Positions 40,403 through 54,480 of a stretch of DNA of 64,000 nt are shown one piece after another. A program made the position numbers and the translations under genes. The stretch covers positions 8,184,001 to 8,248,000 of the forward strand of contig OZ024753.1 in the NCBI GenBank assembly GCA_964016885.1. Direction: 5' to 3'. Each line of letters starts with the position of its first letter. The first letter of the stretch is position 1. The DNA comes from Eledone cirrhosa. Lineage: Eukaryota. The notes under the pieces were generated by a model. The model saw only the letters and a program-made list of their open reading frames with translations, made no database searches and was not told the origin of the DNA.

Positions 40403-41459
40403 GACAAGAGTGAAACTGTTGCCAACCACTCCAACTAATGCACACAGATTTATGAGTTTCTTTCTTGACTATTAACTGTTATTATTCAAGATAATTGCAT
40501 ACAGATATCTTTGCTAATGATAAATTGTAAATAAAATGTGATGATTTTCTTTAGTTTTGGAATTTCTCACTATCATAGAACTAACAGTGTGTAATCTTAC
40601 TGGCATCACAGCCAAGTACGGTTTTCTTTATGACTGAAATTATGTAAAGTTACAAAAATGACAATTATCTGTTATGAAAAATTCATTGCTAGAACAGAGA
40701 TTTATGTATTTTTAAATAGTAAACAGTAAGTACCATAGTATAGTGAAAATGTACAAAGCTAATTGCCATTCAATTCCAATGAATTTATGGGAAAATCAAT
40801 GATTATTATATAAGCTTTGATAAAAGTATTCAATAGATTCGTTATTTCATACTGTCTGAGCTCTGCTAAGATTGATAAAAGAGCAATTATGTGACATGTT
40901 TTTAACAGAGTCTGTTAAACTTCATTTGAAATATTAGCATTCTAGCAAGCAAATTGGTTAACTTGTTTCGGCATTCAGCCACATTGGCATTATAAGCCAC
41001 ACTTAGTGCCAAATGGTGTCATTTTACTTTAATCGAGTCATTTTCAACAAACTACTTATCTAAAGGTGGAATGGTCATTTCTTTAAGTATTTAGGCAAGT
41101 TCTGCCAAACACCAGTGATATTTTCTCCTCTTATTACAATAAAAGGCAAAATATTTTATGAGTTTTTCTCAAATTGCTTAAATTACAATCAATTTATATT
41201 GATGTTATCTCTGCCTCCAGCACTTGAGTTTGTAAAGCTTCACAAAATAACACTTTAGATAGACAATTTATTTCATTTTCTCAGATTCTTGAAAGTTGTT
41301 GTGTAGGGTAGTTTCTATATGAAAGGCCTTCATTTAATAAAAAAAATCTGCTGAATAACATTTATCGGCTGAATGGTTCGTTGACTGACCAAGATACTCT
41401 GATGGAATGACCAAATGAGGTGTATTTTTTTAACATAGTCCTTGGAGAGAAATAACACC

Positions 41460-42385
41460 AACCATATTTACAGTGTGGACTGGGAGCCTTTTTACCTTGT
41501 CTCCTACACAACCACTCTACAGTGTGAACTGGGAGCCTTTTTGTTGTGACACCTACACGACCACTGTACAGTGTGGACTGGGTGCTTTTTGTCGTGTCTC
41601 ATACATGACGACTTTACAGTGTGGCCTGGGTGATTTTTACTGTGTCTCCTACACAACCACTTTACAGTGTGAACTAAGAACCTTTTTACCGTGTCTCCTA
41701 CGTGACCACTTTACAGTGTGGACTGGGTGATTTTTACCGTGTCTCCTACATGACCACTTTACAGTGTGGACTAGGTGCTTTTTGTTGTGACACCTACTCG
41801 ACAACTTTATAGTGAGGACTGGGTGCTTTTTACCGTGTCTCCTACACAACCACTTTACAGTGTGGACTAGGTGCTTTTTGTTGTGACACCTACTCGACAA
41901 CTTTATAGTGAGGACTGGGTGCTTTTTACCGTGTCTCCTACACAACCACTTTACAGTGTGGACTAGGTGCTTTTTGTTGTGACACCTACTCGACAACTTT
42001 ATAGTGAGGACTGGGTGCTTTTTACCGTGTCTCCTACACAACTACTTTACAGTGTGGACTAGGTGCTTTTTGTCGTGACACCTACTCGACAACTTTATAG
42101 TGAGGACTGGGTGCTTTTTACCGTGTCTCCTACACAACCACCTTACAGTGTGGACTAGGTGCTTTTTGTCGTGACACCTACTCGACAATTTTATAGTGAG
42201 GACTGGGTGCTTTATACCGTGTCTCCTACACGACCACCTTACAGTGTGGACTAGGTGCTTTTTGTCATGACACCTACACGACCACTTTACAGTGGACTGG
42301 GTGCTTTTTGTCATGACACCTACACAACCACTTTACAGTGTGGACTGGGAGCCTTTTTACCAACCACTTTACTGCGTGGACTGGA
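41460..42385 (-). repeat. Satellite array of ~50-bp monomers (99-bp dimer) derived from a SINE A module
   Basis: Reverse complement of aaaaagcacccagtccacactgtaaagtggtcgtgtaggtgtcac. Confidence 0.9.
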
Positions 42386-42804
42386 TGTAATTCTCAGATA
42401 AAATACATCGAGTATATCCTGTACAGTTTGGGAATATTATATGTGAGATGTTGATCCAGCATATCTGACAGATCAGTAGCTCTGATTAAGTAATCACTTG
42501 GTCTATAGCAACCTATTCAACACTAAACTATTAATAGGCCCCAGCTATTTATACCACAGAAATCTATGAATCTACACATGTACTGTATACACACATAGAG
42601 ACAACATGAATATAAAATGCAAAAGATTTAGAGTTAAATTTCAATCTGTTGCCTGGTTTAGCACAATCACCTGATCCTCGTTTATCTTTGGTACAGTCTG
42701 TTTTTTTTCAAGTATAGGCACTGCCGTGAAGTGCAGATAATGCCAAGGGCACAAACTGCTTTAAACTATTCATTGATTAAGTTAGAGACTTAGTGAATGA
42801 TGAC

Positions 42805-43055
42805 CCATCCAACCCTTGCTTGCAGGGAAAACAGTTGATGGTGATGATTATGCTGGTGGTGATGATGATGATGGTGATGGTAATGATGATGGTGGTAATG
42901 GTGATAAAGGTAATGATGATGATGGTGGTGATGATTATGATGATGGTGGTGATGATGATGGTGCTGATGATGATGATGATGGTAATGATGATGGTGGTAA
43001 TAATGATAAGGGTGATTATGATGGTGGTGATGGTGTTGAGGGTGATGGTGATGAT
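42805..43055 (+). repeat. RTE/SINE tail followed by expanded (GAT/GGT)n
   Basis: aacccttgcttgcagggaaaa followed by trinucleotide repeat. Confidence 0.8.
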
Positions 43056-43205
43056 TTAATCCTTCTAATTTTGTTTTAAAACATAACACCTTTGTTTCCC
43101 CTTTTGAAAATTCAAACAATGTTTTTAATATTTTCTATTTTCTCAAAGTTCCATAGAGGATGGTGTGTTAAATTATTTCAAATTGAATGAGTGTGTATAT
43201 ATGTG

Positions 43206-43242
<37 letters not shown>

Positions 43243-43258
43243 TAAACAATGATGATGA

Positions 43259-43320
<62 letters not shown>

Positions 43321-43849
43321 ACACACACACACACACATATATGTGTGTGTGTGTATATATAAAAATATATATATATAAAAACACATACATACACACACAC
43401 ACACACATTGATAGCCTGAAAGGGATATTGGAAAAATCTAATAAATATGAAAGCAAAATTATGAGTAAGAAAATCTTTTAATTTTCCTTTGAGAAGTTGA
43501 CTGGTTGGGGCAAAGAAAGACTTCATATAGAATTCATATACAGAAAATTTCATTTCCATGCCAACTGTTCGAAAAATATATTTAACACCTTACAATTTGT
43601 ACTGCGTGAAACAACATTAACAAGACCGTCTTGGAATGTACATCCTATGAAAGATTAAAGTCTGTACTCTAATATAGCAAATTATTACAGTGATCTTTCC
43701 AAAGTCACAAGTAATATAAACATTTGAATTAACAAACGTGTTTTTACATATTTTCTCCTAAATCACTACAGGATGTTAAGAGTTCATTGTGAATACACTC
43801 AAACATATATACTTCCTCAAAGTCTCTCTCTATATCATTTGGTAGTTCT

Positions 43850-44011
43850 TGTCTTCTTCTTCTTCTTCTTTTACTTTTTCTTCATCTTCATCTTCTTTTA
43901 CTTTTTCTTCTTCATCTTCTTTTACTTTTTCTTCTTCTTCTTTTACTTTTTCTTCTTCTTCTACTTTTTCTTCTTCTTTTACTTTTTCTTCTTTTACTTT
44001 TTATTTTACTT

Positions 44012-44044
<33 letters not shown>

Positions 44045-44134
44045 CTTCTTCTTCTTCTTCTTCTTCTTTTACTTTTTCTTCTTCTTCTACTTTTTCTTCT
44101 TTTACTTTTTCTTCTTTTACTTTTTATTTTACTT

Positions 44135-44167
<33 letters not shown>

Positions 44168-44239
44168 CTTCTTCTTCTTTTACTTTTTCGTTTTCTTCTA
44201 CTTTTTCTTCTTTTACTTTTTCTTCTTTTACTTTTTATT

Positions 44240-44272
<33 letters not shown>

Positions 44273-44312
44273 CTTCTTCTTCTTCTTCTTCTTCTTCTTC
44301 TTCTTCTTCTTC
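43850..44312. repeat. (TTC)n / TTTTAC compound repeat
   Basis: Direct. Confidence 0.95.
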
Positions 44313-44334
44313 TCCCACCTGTTCCTGAGAATGT

Positions 44335-44497
44335 TGTGGAGTCCTCAAACACTCCTTCCAGTGGGTCCTGTCAGAAGCAACCACCTCCATATGATCCAGG
44401 TAGATCCCCAAGCGAGACCAACCAAGCTTATGGATGTTATCCAACCATCTTGCTTGAGGTCTATCCCTGGGTCTCCTGCTAGTTGGTTTTGCCAGTA
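44335..44497 (-). mobile_element. RTE (Rex3-like) 3' fragment
   Basis: gtcagaagcaaccacctcc..atccaaccatcttgc..ggtctcctgctagttggttttgcc, homologous to 3700-3820. Confidence 0.7.
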
Positions 44498-44594
44498 GAT
44501 TTTATATTTATATAAATTGCACACAGTAGAACATGGGGCTATGTGTCAGTTCTACTGCAGTCAATGGATTTTTCTATGAAATTTACATATTGGT

Positions 44595-46000
44595 GTGTTG
44601 TTGGTTAATGAGGTTGCTGTGTTGTTGTGTGTTAGTTGTGTTGTCATGTATTGGCTGGTTAATGGGTTTGTTGTGTTGCTGTTTAAAGTTCTTGTTGTGT
44701 TGTGTTGTCACATCAGTTGGCTGTTAGTTAATGAGGTTGCTGTGGTGTTGTGTTGTCATGTATTGGCTCGTTAATGGGTTTGTTGTGTTGTTGTTTAAAG
44801 TTCTTGTTGTGTTGTGTTGTCACATCAGTTGGTTGTTAGTTAATGAGGTTGCTGTGTTGTTGTGTGTTAGTTGTGTTGCCATGTATTGGCTCGTTAATGG
44901 GTTTGTTGTGTTGTTGTTTAAAGTTCTTGTTGTGTTGTGTTGTCACATCAGTTGGTTGTTGGTTAATGAGGTTGCTGTGGTGTTGTGTGTTAGTTGTGTT
45001 GTCATGTATTGGCTGGTTAATGGGTTTGTTGTGTTGTTGTTTAAAGTTCTTGTTGTGTTGTCACATCAGTTGGTTGTTGGTTAATGAGGTTGCTGTGTTG
45101 TTGTGTTAGTTGTGTTGTCATGTATTGGCTGGTTAATGGGTTTGTTGTGTTGTTGTTTAAAGTTCTTATTGTGTTGTCACATCAGTTGGTTGTTGGTTAA
45201 TGAGGTTGCTGTGGTGTTGTGTGTTAGTTGTGTTGTCATGTATTGGCTGGTTAATGGGTTTGTTGTGTTGTTGTTTAAAGTTCTTGTTGTGTTGTGTTGT
45301 CACATCAGTTGGTTGTTGGTTAATGAGGTTGCTGTGTTGTTGTGTGTTAGTTGTGTTGTCATGTATTGGCTGGTTAATGGGTTTGTTGTGTTGTTGTTTA
45401 AAGTTCTTGTTGTGTTGTCACATCAGTTGGTTGTTGGTTAATGAGGTTGCTGTGTTGTTGTGTGTTAGTTGTGTTGCCATGTATTGGCTGGTTAATGGGT
45501 TTGTTGTGTTGTTGTTTAAAGTTCTTGTTGTGTTGTGTTGTCACATCAGTTGGTTGTTAGTTAATGAGGTTGCTGTGGTGTTGTGTTGTCATATATTGGC
45601 TGGTTAATGGGTTTGTTGTGTTGTTGTTTAAAGTGGTTGTTGTGTTGTCATGTGTTAGTTGTGTTGTTGGTTAAAGTGGTTGTTATGTTGTTGTTTAAAA
45701 TGGTTGTTATGTTGTTGTTTAAAGTGGTTGTTGTGTTGTCATGTCTTGGTTGTTGGTTAATGTGGTTGTTGTGTTGTCCGGTGTTAGTTGTGTTGTTGGT
45801 AAAAGTAGTTGTTGTGTTGTTATGTGTTAGTTGGTTGTTAGTTAATATCGTTGTTGTGTAGTGATGTATTTGTTGGTTGTTAGTTAAGGTAGTAGCTGTG
45901 GCTGTCATGTATTGGATGGTTGTGAGTTAAAGTAGTTGTTGTGTTGTTATATATTGGTTGGTTGTTAAGTTAAAGTAGTTGTGGTTGTCATGTCTTGGTT
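44595..46000. repeat. GT-rich ~120-bp minisatellite (about 8 copies), degenerating towards the 3' end
   Basis: Unit gttaatgaggttgctgtg..catgtattggctggttaatggg..aaagttcttg..cacatcagttgg. Confidence 0.92.
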
Positions 46001-46529
46001 TGTAGTCAGTGTATTCCAATTTTCTATTGAAGAAACATTAGCTCTTTAGCGTAGTTTTCTTAGTAAGATGTCACATTCTCTAATTACATGGTTAAGTTAG
46101 TCACTCTCAAAATCTTTTGCTTTTATTATCATTAACAGTAGACGCGTGAGGATGATGACAAGTGAAATTTATAAACTACCCATAAAATACTTAACAACAG
46201 ATTCAATGTTACTAACACAACATATAAAAGACGAATGGAATTTTACATCATTTTTTTTTAAAGATTATTTTATTTTATTTTATAGAATCATTTTGCTGAA
46301 GTAATAAAGTTCTTTTTTATACCAATTGAAGACAGTTTAATTATAAGTCTTATTAATCTCAAAAATGTTCAACCTTTTTATTACTCTATTATATAAATGC
46401 GTGTATATAGTGTGAATGTGTATATATATATATATATAGTGTATATATGTGTATACACATATGTATGTATATATATGTATGTATTTATATATATGTATAC
46501 ACACATGTATATATATGTATACACACATG

Positions 46530-46580
<51 letters not shown>

Positions 46581-46586
<6 letters not shown>

Positions 46587-46824
46587 AAGTTAAATAAAAG
46601 TCAAATGATTAAAATTTAGCTTTGTTTATTACTGTTATATATATTTCAGTGACAGCCATCTTTGGCTGTGACCTCTTCAGGCAGTTTGAATTAGTATGGT
46701 ATAGACAAGTACATATGTTGTTTAGGTGTATAATATTGTCAATACTCTGATATGCCCAGTTCCTCATTGAAATAACAACCCAACAAGGAACTGGGCATAT
46801 CAGAGTATTGACAATATTATACAC
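46581..46824 (-). mobile_element. Hammerhead fold-back element (family H2)
   Basis: 39-bp arms 46726-46764 and 46786-46824; flanked by (TA)n. Confidence 0.85.
46631..46685 (-). ncRNA. Type I hammerhead ribozyme motif
   Basis: actgc-CTGAAGA-ggtcacagcca aaga tggctgtcact-GAAA-tatata-TA-acagt; the 11146 copy supplies gcag, giving a perfect consensus stem I. Confidence 0.8.
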
Positions 46825-46920
<96 letters not shown>

Positions 46921-46988
46921 CATGAGAAGAAAGAATACTGCGTGGTTGCACATGGGTTACATATGATAAAAATAGTCCTTCGACAATA

Positions 46989-47028
<40 letters not shown>

Positions 47029-47395
47029 TATGTATATATATATATATACACATATATATGTATATATATACAGTATATATATATATATATATATACATAT
47101 ATACATGTATATGCGTGTGTGTGTAATAGATTCTATTCTAATTTGTTTGAAATGGTCTGATTCCTTTTGTTTTGTTTTTTTATGGGGAAGCTATTCTAAA
47201 CTGTATAATACTGTTAGTAAATGTCTTGTATAGTTTAATAAGAGAGCACAGACAGAGGCAGTCAGTGTTGTGTTCTTGAGCAAGTTTCTTCATTTAATAT
47301 TGCTTTGCATAATAGAACCAAGGCTCCTATCATTGAAATAGATGGGATAATAATAGGTGGAATACCTTTAATTAAAGTTTTGCTTAACCCTTTGC

Positions 47396-47674
47396 TTAAC
47401 CCTTTAGCCAGAATTCTCTCACATCTTTCTGTTCAAACCAGCTGTAACTGGCCACTCATATTGATGTTAAGGTATTTTTCTCAAACTGAATATTACCAAA
47501 ATCTCATAGATTTGATATTATGTGAGATAATTATGTGAGGTAAAGCTTTTACCACAAAAATACAATAATATATATACAGTAATGTAAATGTTATGTGAGA
47601 TATTATGTGAGATAAAGCCTTTACCACAAAAATACAATAGTATATATAGAGTAATCTAAATGCTAAAGAGTTAA
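47396..47674 (-). mobile_element. piggyBac-type MITE (family C)
   Basis: TTAA|ccctttagc..taaatgctaaagag|TTAA. Confidence 0.85.
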
Positions 47675-47894
47675 GAGACATTTAGGATACAATTATTCAA
47701 TATATCCTTACATATTTTAAGATAGTAGTGTGTGATTAAAGGGATCTTTAGTTGCTATTACTACCATGTCCAGTGACTACATACTCCCTTCTTAGATATG
47801 CCACTGTAATTGGAAAGTAACAGCAATTAACTTATATAAAAAAAATAACTGATATACGTTTTATGTAATCCAATAATTTATATAATAATAGATT

Positions 47895-48415
47895 CTGATT
47901 TAGGCACAAGGCCAACAAATGGGGGGGGGGGTGAATAAATTGACTCCAGTAGATTACTGGTACTTTATTTTAGCGATTCTGTAAGGAGGAAAGGCAAAGC
48001 TAACCTCAGCAGGATTTGGACTCAGAATTTAAAAGGATGTAACTCTATGCTGCAAAGCATGTTGTTCGACACTCTACCGATTCTGCTAATCTACCGCCCT
48101 CACTGTACTTAATAATTGTTTCTACTTTTGGCACGAGACCAGCAATTACCCAGTGAATTACTGGTATTTTATTTTATTGACCCCCGTAAGGATGAAAGTC
48201 AATCTCATTTAGACACAAAGCCAATAAATTCGGAGGCGGGGAAATTCGATTAAATCAACCCGAGTGCATTACTGGTACTTATATTGTCGACCCAGTAGGG
48301 ATGAAGGACACAGTTAACTTCAGCTGGATTTGAATTTGTAACGTAAAATGGTGTAAATATATGCCAGAAAGCATGTGTCCGACACTCTACTGATATTTCC
48401 AATCCACTGCCCTAA
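47895..48415 (-). mobile_element. Cluster of three diverged SINE family B copies
   Basis: ggcacaaggcc..ctggtactttatt..gaaaggcaaag..ctctaccgat. Confidence 0.8.
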
Positions 48416-50576
48416 TAATTTATACCATAATAAAACAGATTTCTGAAAAGATTTCTTAGTTACCTCCTGAAGCAGTTCTGTAAAGCTGAAAGATAATATT
48501 CACTCTCTCCATATCTTGCTTGAGCTCGAATACTTATGTGGGAAACGCACAACTTTGGTATCACACATAAAATCCCTTTTATAATAATTGCTACATTCTG
48601 CTTCTCTTTAAACATTTCCATTTAAACAGTTTTTAAGTGTTTATAACAATAGTGAAATGAAGCCCAGATTATTTGTTTATATAGCTTACGCCGTTATTGT
48701 GGAGAATGGAGGGAATTAACTGCCCTTTCTTTGAATGTTTTAAAGGCTGATATTTATTAACAGAACACTAGTTGTTCATATTGGCAGTTCGACAGCCAGC
48801 AAATAGATCTGATCAAATATGCTGCATAAACATTTAAGGAATCCAATTACGAAACAAAGACAACGAAAACAACAAGAACCAATAAATATATAATAGCGTC
48901 ATTCATGGCACTTGTTCCATGTTTGGCATCAGTCAGTTTTTATAACCATTATACTCACACACTTCTTTTCTGTTTGTTAATTTCATTGTCATATTTGTTT
49001 GAGTCTATTTATGACTTGATGCCTTTCCTATTGTCCATTGTTATCATATAATATAAAATGCTTTTTTTATATATGTTTACTTGTTTGTATGCATATATAT
49101 ATATATATATATACACACATGCACACACATATATATATACACACAAACACACACATGCACACATATATATATACACTAAGCAACTAAACAGTAAACATAT
49201 AAAAAAAGCATTTATATATATATACAGTATATGTGTATGTATATAGATGTATATTGTTTTTTGGCCTTTTTTGGCACTGATTCTTAAATCATTAGTTTGT
49301 AAAAACCCCATTTCTCTCTCTCTGCTCTCTCTTAATCCTTCCCCTCTCACTATCCTTTTCTCTTTCTGGCTATCTTTCTCGCATACCCTCTCTCTGTCCT
49401 CTTTCCTCTCTCCCTCTTCTTCTATCTCTCTCTCTTCTCCTATTTCTCTCTCTCTCTCTCTCTCTCTGTCTTTCACCTCTCTGTCTCTCATCACTAAAAT
49501 CCCAGCATGGTGTTGGATCACTAAAATCCCATCATGGTGTTGGATATATATGTGAGTTAACTGAATAACGCTTTGACTATTAAATTTCATTTATTTGGTG
49601 GAGATGTTTGACACCTCCCCTTTCTAATGCCTTTGTATTGAGGTAACCCACCCCCTGTTATTGCCCTATTAAACCTAACTGTTGTTAAAGACAGATTATA
49701 GTATATTAACAGATGTTATTCTAGGAATATGGCAGAAGCAGCATCAAAGACATGTCTTTGGTATTACAAAAATGTTAATAATATTAACAGTAATAATATA
49801 ATAGATATTATGATGGTGAGAATGATATTTTATTTACTCTTTCACTTTACTACTTTACCAATATGGCCATGAAGAGAGACAGCAGTGGTCGTTTGAAAGC
49901 AACAGGAGTATCTCATTACCTACAAAGTTGAAGATTTGTAGAATGGAAACTTCCTTATAACTTGATATGAGATTCCCATCTTTGAAAGATGTTTGATCTT
50001 CTCCCTATAATAGATTTTTCTTTTCTTCTATTTACTCAAATTTATTCTTTTATGGAACATTAAGCAACCATAATATACATTGAAACTCTGCTCTGTAATC
50101 CCTTAACAGATTTGAGCATCCAGTTATGTATAGATTATTATTTCAGTAAACCAGCTTTATATCTCTCTCACCAAATACCCTATCATCTTTAAAATGAAAA
50201 GCCACATGTTTCAAATCCTAAATCATAAAACAGAATATAATATAGAAATTTTGAGACATTCACTCTGTAAGAAATATCAGCAAAACCTTTATTCGATCTG
50301 GACATCTTCATGCCATTGGTTGCCTGAAGAAGAGTTAATTTAACAACAATAATGAAAAAAATTACTTATACATTTATCTCTTTTGATACCATCCTGGCTC
50401 AAGTTCTATGAAACAAAATTCCCAGTTTTAAGAGGGTCCTATATAAATTAATACCTTCCAGCATCAATTTAGCTAAGAACCATATGTTAAGTCATTATCT
50501 TAGTAATGAAATAATTAATGATTTTAGTATATCCTTCAAAAAATGGGGATGATTCTGTTTGCAACATTTTGTAATA

Positions 50577-50965
50577 TCAATGGCCTCTTTTATGAGGTCT
50601 GATCTCAAGATTAACAGCAAGACAACTTCCCATCCCTTGTACTGTGACCTCTCATCAATGGCCTCCTTTATGAGGTCTGATCTCAAGATTAACAGCAAGA
50701 CAACTTCCCATCCCTTGTACTGTGACCTCTCATCAATGGCCTCCTTTATGAGGTCTGATCTCAAGATTAACAGCAAGACAACTTCCCATCCCTTGTACTG
50801 TGACCTCTCATCAATGGCCTCCTTTATTAGGTCTGATATCAAGATTAACAGCAAGACAACTTCCCGTCCCTTGTACTGTGACCTCTCATCAATGGCCTCC
50901 TTTATGAGGTCTGATCTCAAGATTAACAGCAAGACAACTTCCCGTCCCTTGTACTTGTGATCTCT
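50577..50965. repeat. 78-bp minisatellite, 5 copies
   Basis: Unit tcaatggcctcctttatgaggtctgatctcaagattaacagcaagacaacttcccatcccttgtactgtgacctctca. Confidence 0.95.
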
Positions 50966-53000
50966 CCCAAAACTTCTGAAATTAACCCTGGAATATAAAG
51001 TTTGATGAAAATTGAAAGCCTGTTATGTATATAAGTTGTTACTGTTTGCCATGCAAGTTTTGTTTAAATACATTTTATAATGTGAAGGATTTATCATCCA
51101 ACACAATATACAAAACAAAAATATTTTCTAAAATAACCTGGAACCTTTCATTCACTATTACCATACACCTCGCAGTCTACCAACTTTTGTCATTTCACTT
51201 TTCTCATACAATTGGATCCTCTCCATGCAGGTTGTAGGTAATGCCCTCATTCCTCAGGAAAAGAAAATTGTTTGCTTGATAGACATTTTGTTTATTGGTG
51301 AGTTATTTTAATCAGTCAGTGAACATACCCTATCATCGCCATTGCTCTTTGTTATAAAGAATAGTTAGATAAAAGAAAAGATATGATACAGACAAAAATT
51401 TGGCTAAAATTCTATGAGGAAGAAATAGAATTCACTTTCTCTCAATCTCCCCCCCCCCCCCCCACACACACACTCTATCTCTCTTTCTCTCTTTCTGTCC
51501 AACCACATATACATGCTTCCAATTATATATGACAGAATATAGAATTCACTTTCTCTCTATTTCTCCCCATCTCTCTCTCTCTCTCTCTCTGTCCAACCAC
51601 ATATACATGCTTACAATTATATATGATAGAATATAGAATTCACTTCTTCAGTTTGACCTAGTTGCATGTATGCAATATTTCAGATTGAAGTGTCTGGACA
51701 AGAAAAGTGTTTGCGCTTTTTCAAATTTAATCTTTCAGTTTTCCTTTCTGTCCATTTTTAGCTGCTTCTATGCCATGGAACATTTATCCATAGGTGAATA
51801 AATAAATGTTCATCTTTTTAACCTTGCATCTGACCCTCACATTTAATGTCCACTTCAAGAATATTTTTTCCTTCTTCTACTTTAACATCTATAACTCCAC
51901 ATGTAGAATCAATACCAACACTAACTACTAGTTGATTCACAGGGAAATTTCTTAGATAAACTTTTCGCTAGAGTATCCTTCATTCGTTTTGACTTTTAAT
52001 GACATGAAAATTAGCCAGTGATTAGTGTTTCTTCTTCGATACCATATTTACATAATTAAATTTGTTTTATGGGATCTTAGGAGACAGGAAATTAAAATTT
52101 AGATATGCATGAAGACTTTGTAGTTTGCTGATCATTATAAATATAACATGTACGATCTTTCTCAGTTTTTAATCAGCAATAGTTGTGTGAGCATATGTGT
52201 TTGTGTGGAGAACATTTTAACTACATTTAGAGTTTCTCTTTATATTGAACATATTCCATAAACGATATGATATAAAACATGCAGAAGCTTCCACGAGAAG
52301 CAGTTCATTTTATCAAATTTATATCTGAAGTAACTGGAAAGTTACTAATAGCTTAGATAAGTTCCATATATAACACCGATTATTATATTGTAGGTTTCCT
52401 GTCATAAAATCTTTCAAATTTGAAGAATTAAGTTTTCATAGTTTGTGGCAAATAATAAAAGAAAATACAGTGTAATGTTTAATTTTATCCAGAAGTCAAC
52501 TGGGTGTTAAAACTGGCCCAGATATCTGGGAGACATATTAAAAATGCTGTCAACTGAGGGCTAGAGCTGTGTTTTCACAGTTCCCCTAAGGTACATTCCA
52601 TTTTCATTTCAATCTTTGTGCAGTGGTTATGGCTTCAGATTAACATTACAGTTTTCCAGCTGCTATTATATTTTACAGTTTTTCAGCTGTTTCTAAAAGT
52701 TTTTTTTAGAGTTTTTCAGTCAATTTTCTAAATATTTTTTACAGTTTTTAAAGTTTTTTTAGCAGTTCTTCAGCTGCTGTTTTTTTCAGTTTCTGAGATG
52801 CTGTTTTTTTTTACAGTTTATCAGATGGTGTTTTTTAAATAGTTTTTCAGATGCTCTTTTTTTTTACCCCAACCCAGTTGTTCATTGAATATGAAATAAT
52901 AGTAGAGCTATGGAATTTCCAAGGATTTCAATATCATCTGTTTGTGTGTGTCTATATATATACTTATTTCTCCCAAACTATATATATATATATATATATA

Positions 53001-54026
53001 AGTAGAAGGGATATTTAATTTGTTGGAAATCCAACAAATATAAATGTTTAATTTTAATTTTTTTATTCTTACATTATATTTTTCCATTTTTAAACGTAGA
53101 TTAATAACCATTAACTGACTTTAGAAAAATGTATCCTATTCAAGACGATGTTTAAACATTCACATTTCTTTCGACTAATTAATTAATTAATCTCACCTAA
53201 CTCTTAAAAAAAAAGAAATGTATCGATTATCAAACAAAATTGGAGTTATCTATCCTTTCTCAATCATGTAAACTTATACCTAACTCCGTTAATTTAAAAC
53301 ATTCTCAATGCCAAACAAGTTATCCAAATATATAAATTCATAATTTAAACTACCTATTTATTTACATAAAATACAAAATCAACATCCCTCATAACTCATA
53401 TTAAGAACAACCACCTAAAACTTGAACTACCCATTTATTTATTTATTTATCTACATAAAACACAAAATCAACTTCCCTTGTAACTCATATTATAAACAAC
53501 TAATAATTGCAAATTATCTCTTTAATAATAATACATATGCTATTATTAAAATATATATAGATATTTATATATTTAACCCACTACAATATTATAATAAGAT
53601 AAATTCTTACAAACATAATTCTCCATATAAATATATACATAATATAGGTAAATATTCAAATTTATTTCCCCTAAATTAACGTATATAAGTGGTCTTCTTC
53701 TTTCTCCTTTTCCTTTTTCTTCTTTCTTTCTCTCTCTCCTACTAATATATCTAAACTTTCCATAGCGTTTAAAATAACGGTTTTTCAATCATATGACTCA
53801 ACTTTATTTACATATTCATTTTCATACTCATCCTAAAAGTTTGAAAAATCCATTCTTTAATCTCACTACCCAAGGAAAATTCAACTGATAAGGTATGTTT
53901 CCTTGGCTATGTCAAAATTCATGAAAAAACACTGTATTTTATCTGATGAAAGCGTACCAAAGTTTTTGGTACCCTTGAAATATATATAATATGGTTTTAT
54001 AAATATAGTTTCCATTTATTTAATAT

Positions 54027-54031
<5 letters not shown>
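53001..54031 (+). mobile_element. Long (~1 kb) member of hammerhead family H1, between (TA)n tracts
   Basis: 5' end gatatttaatttgttggaaatccaacaa and 3' end ttttataaatatagtttccattta match 63236-63465; core CTGATGA at 53943-49, GAAA at 53977-80; 3' strand of stem I partly deleted. Confidence 0.75.
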
Positions 54032-54068
<37 letters not shown>

Positions 54069-54109
54069 AGTAAGTATGTTTTGAAACAGTGAGCAGGTTT
54101 GACATTAGA

Positions 54110-54216
54110 AATAGAATAGCTATCACCATATTATCTTTTTCCATTTATCTGAGGGTTCTACACCCCATTATCAGACTAAAATTTCTTTAGTCAAAAGAAT
54201 ACGGTGAAAGCTATTA
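54110..54216 (+). mobile_element. Fragment of the 38315 family with short inverted end
   Basis: atctttttccattt..gagggtt..cccca.tatcag.ctaaa..tttctttagtcaa; aatagctatcacc inverted against ggtgaaagctatt. Confidence 0.65.
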
Positions 54217-54235
54217 TATATATATATATATATAT

Positions 54236-54480
54236 ATGAGGTTGGCTGGACATGCTCACCGACATCCAGAGTTGACATTGCACTCAGTGCTCCTTTGGGA
54301 GCCCCTACATGGACACACTAGAAGAGGAAGACCAAGGTTAAGATATGTTGATACCCTAAGGACAGACACTGGTCTGTTGGAGATGCAGGACATGGCAACG
54401 ATAATGGGGGACAGAGACCGCTGGAGAGAACTCGTCCATGGATCTCGGGAATTTTACCCGCCTTAGATAGATAGATAGAT
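54236..54480 (+). mobile_element. RTE-related LINE 3' end with (TAGA)n tail
   Basis: RLAGHAHRHPE..VLLWEPLHGHTRRGRPRLRYVDTLRTDTG..RDRWR; 3' tip also at about 10417-10442. Confidence 0.85.

Noticed and set aside
50495-50960. ORFs with a 26-aa repeat on both strands
   Set aside because: By-product of a 78-bp tandem repeat whose length is divisible by three; no recognisable domain
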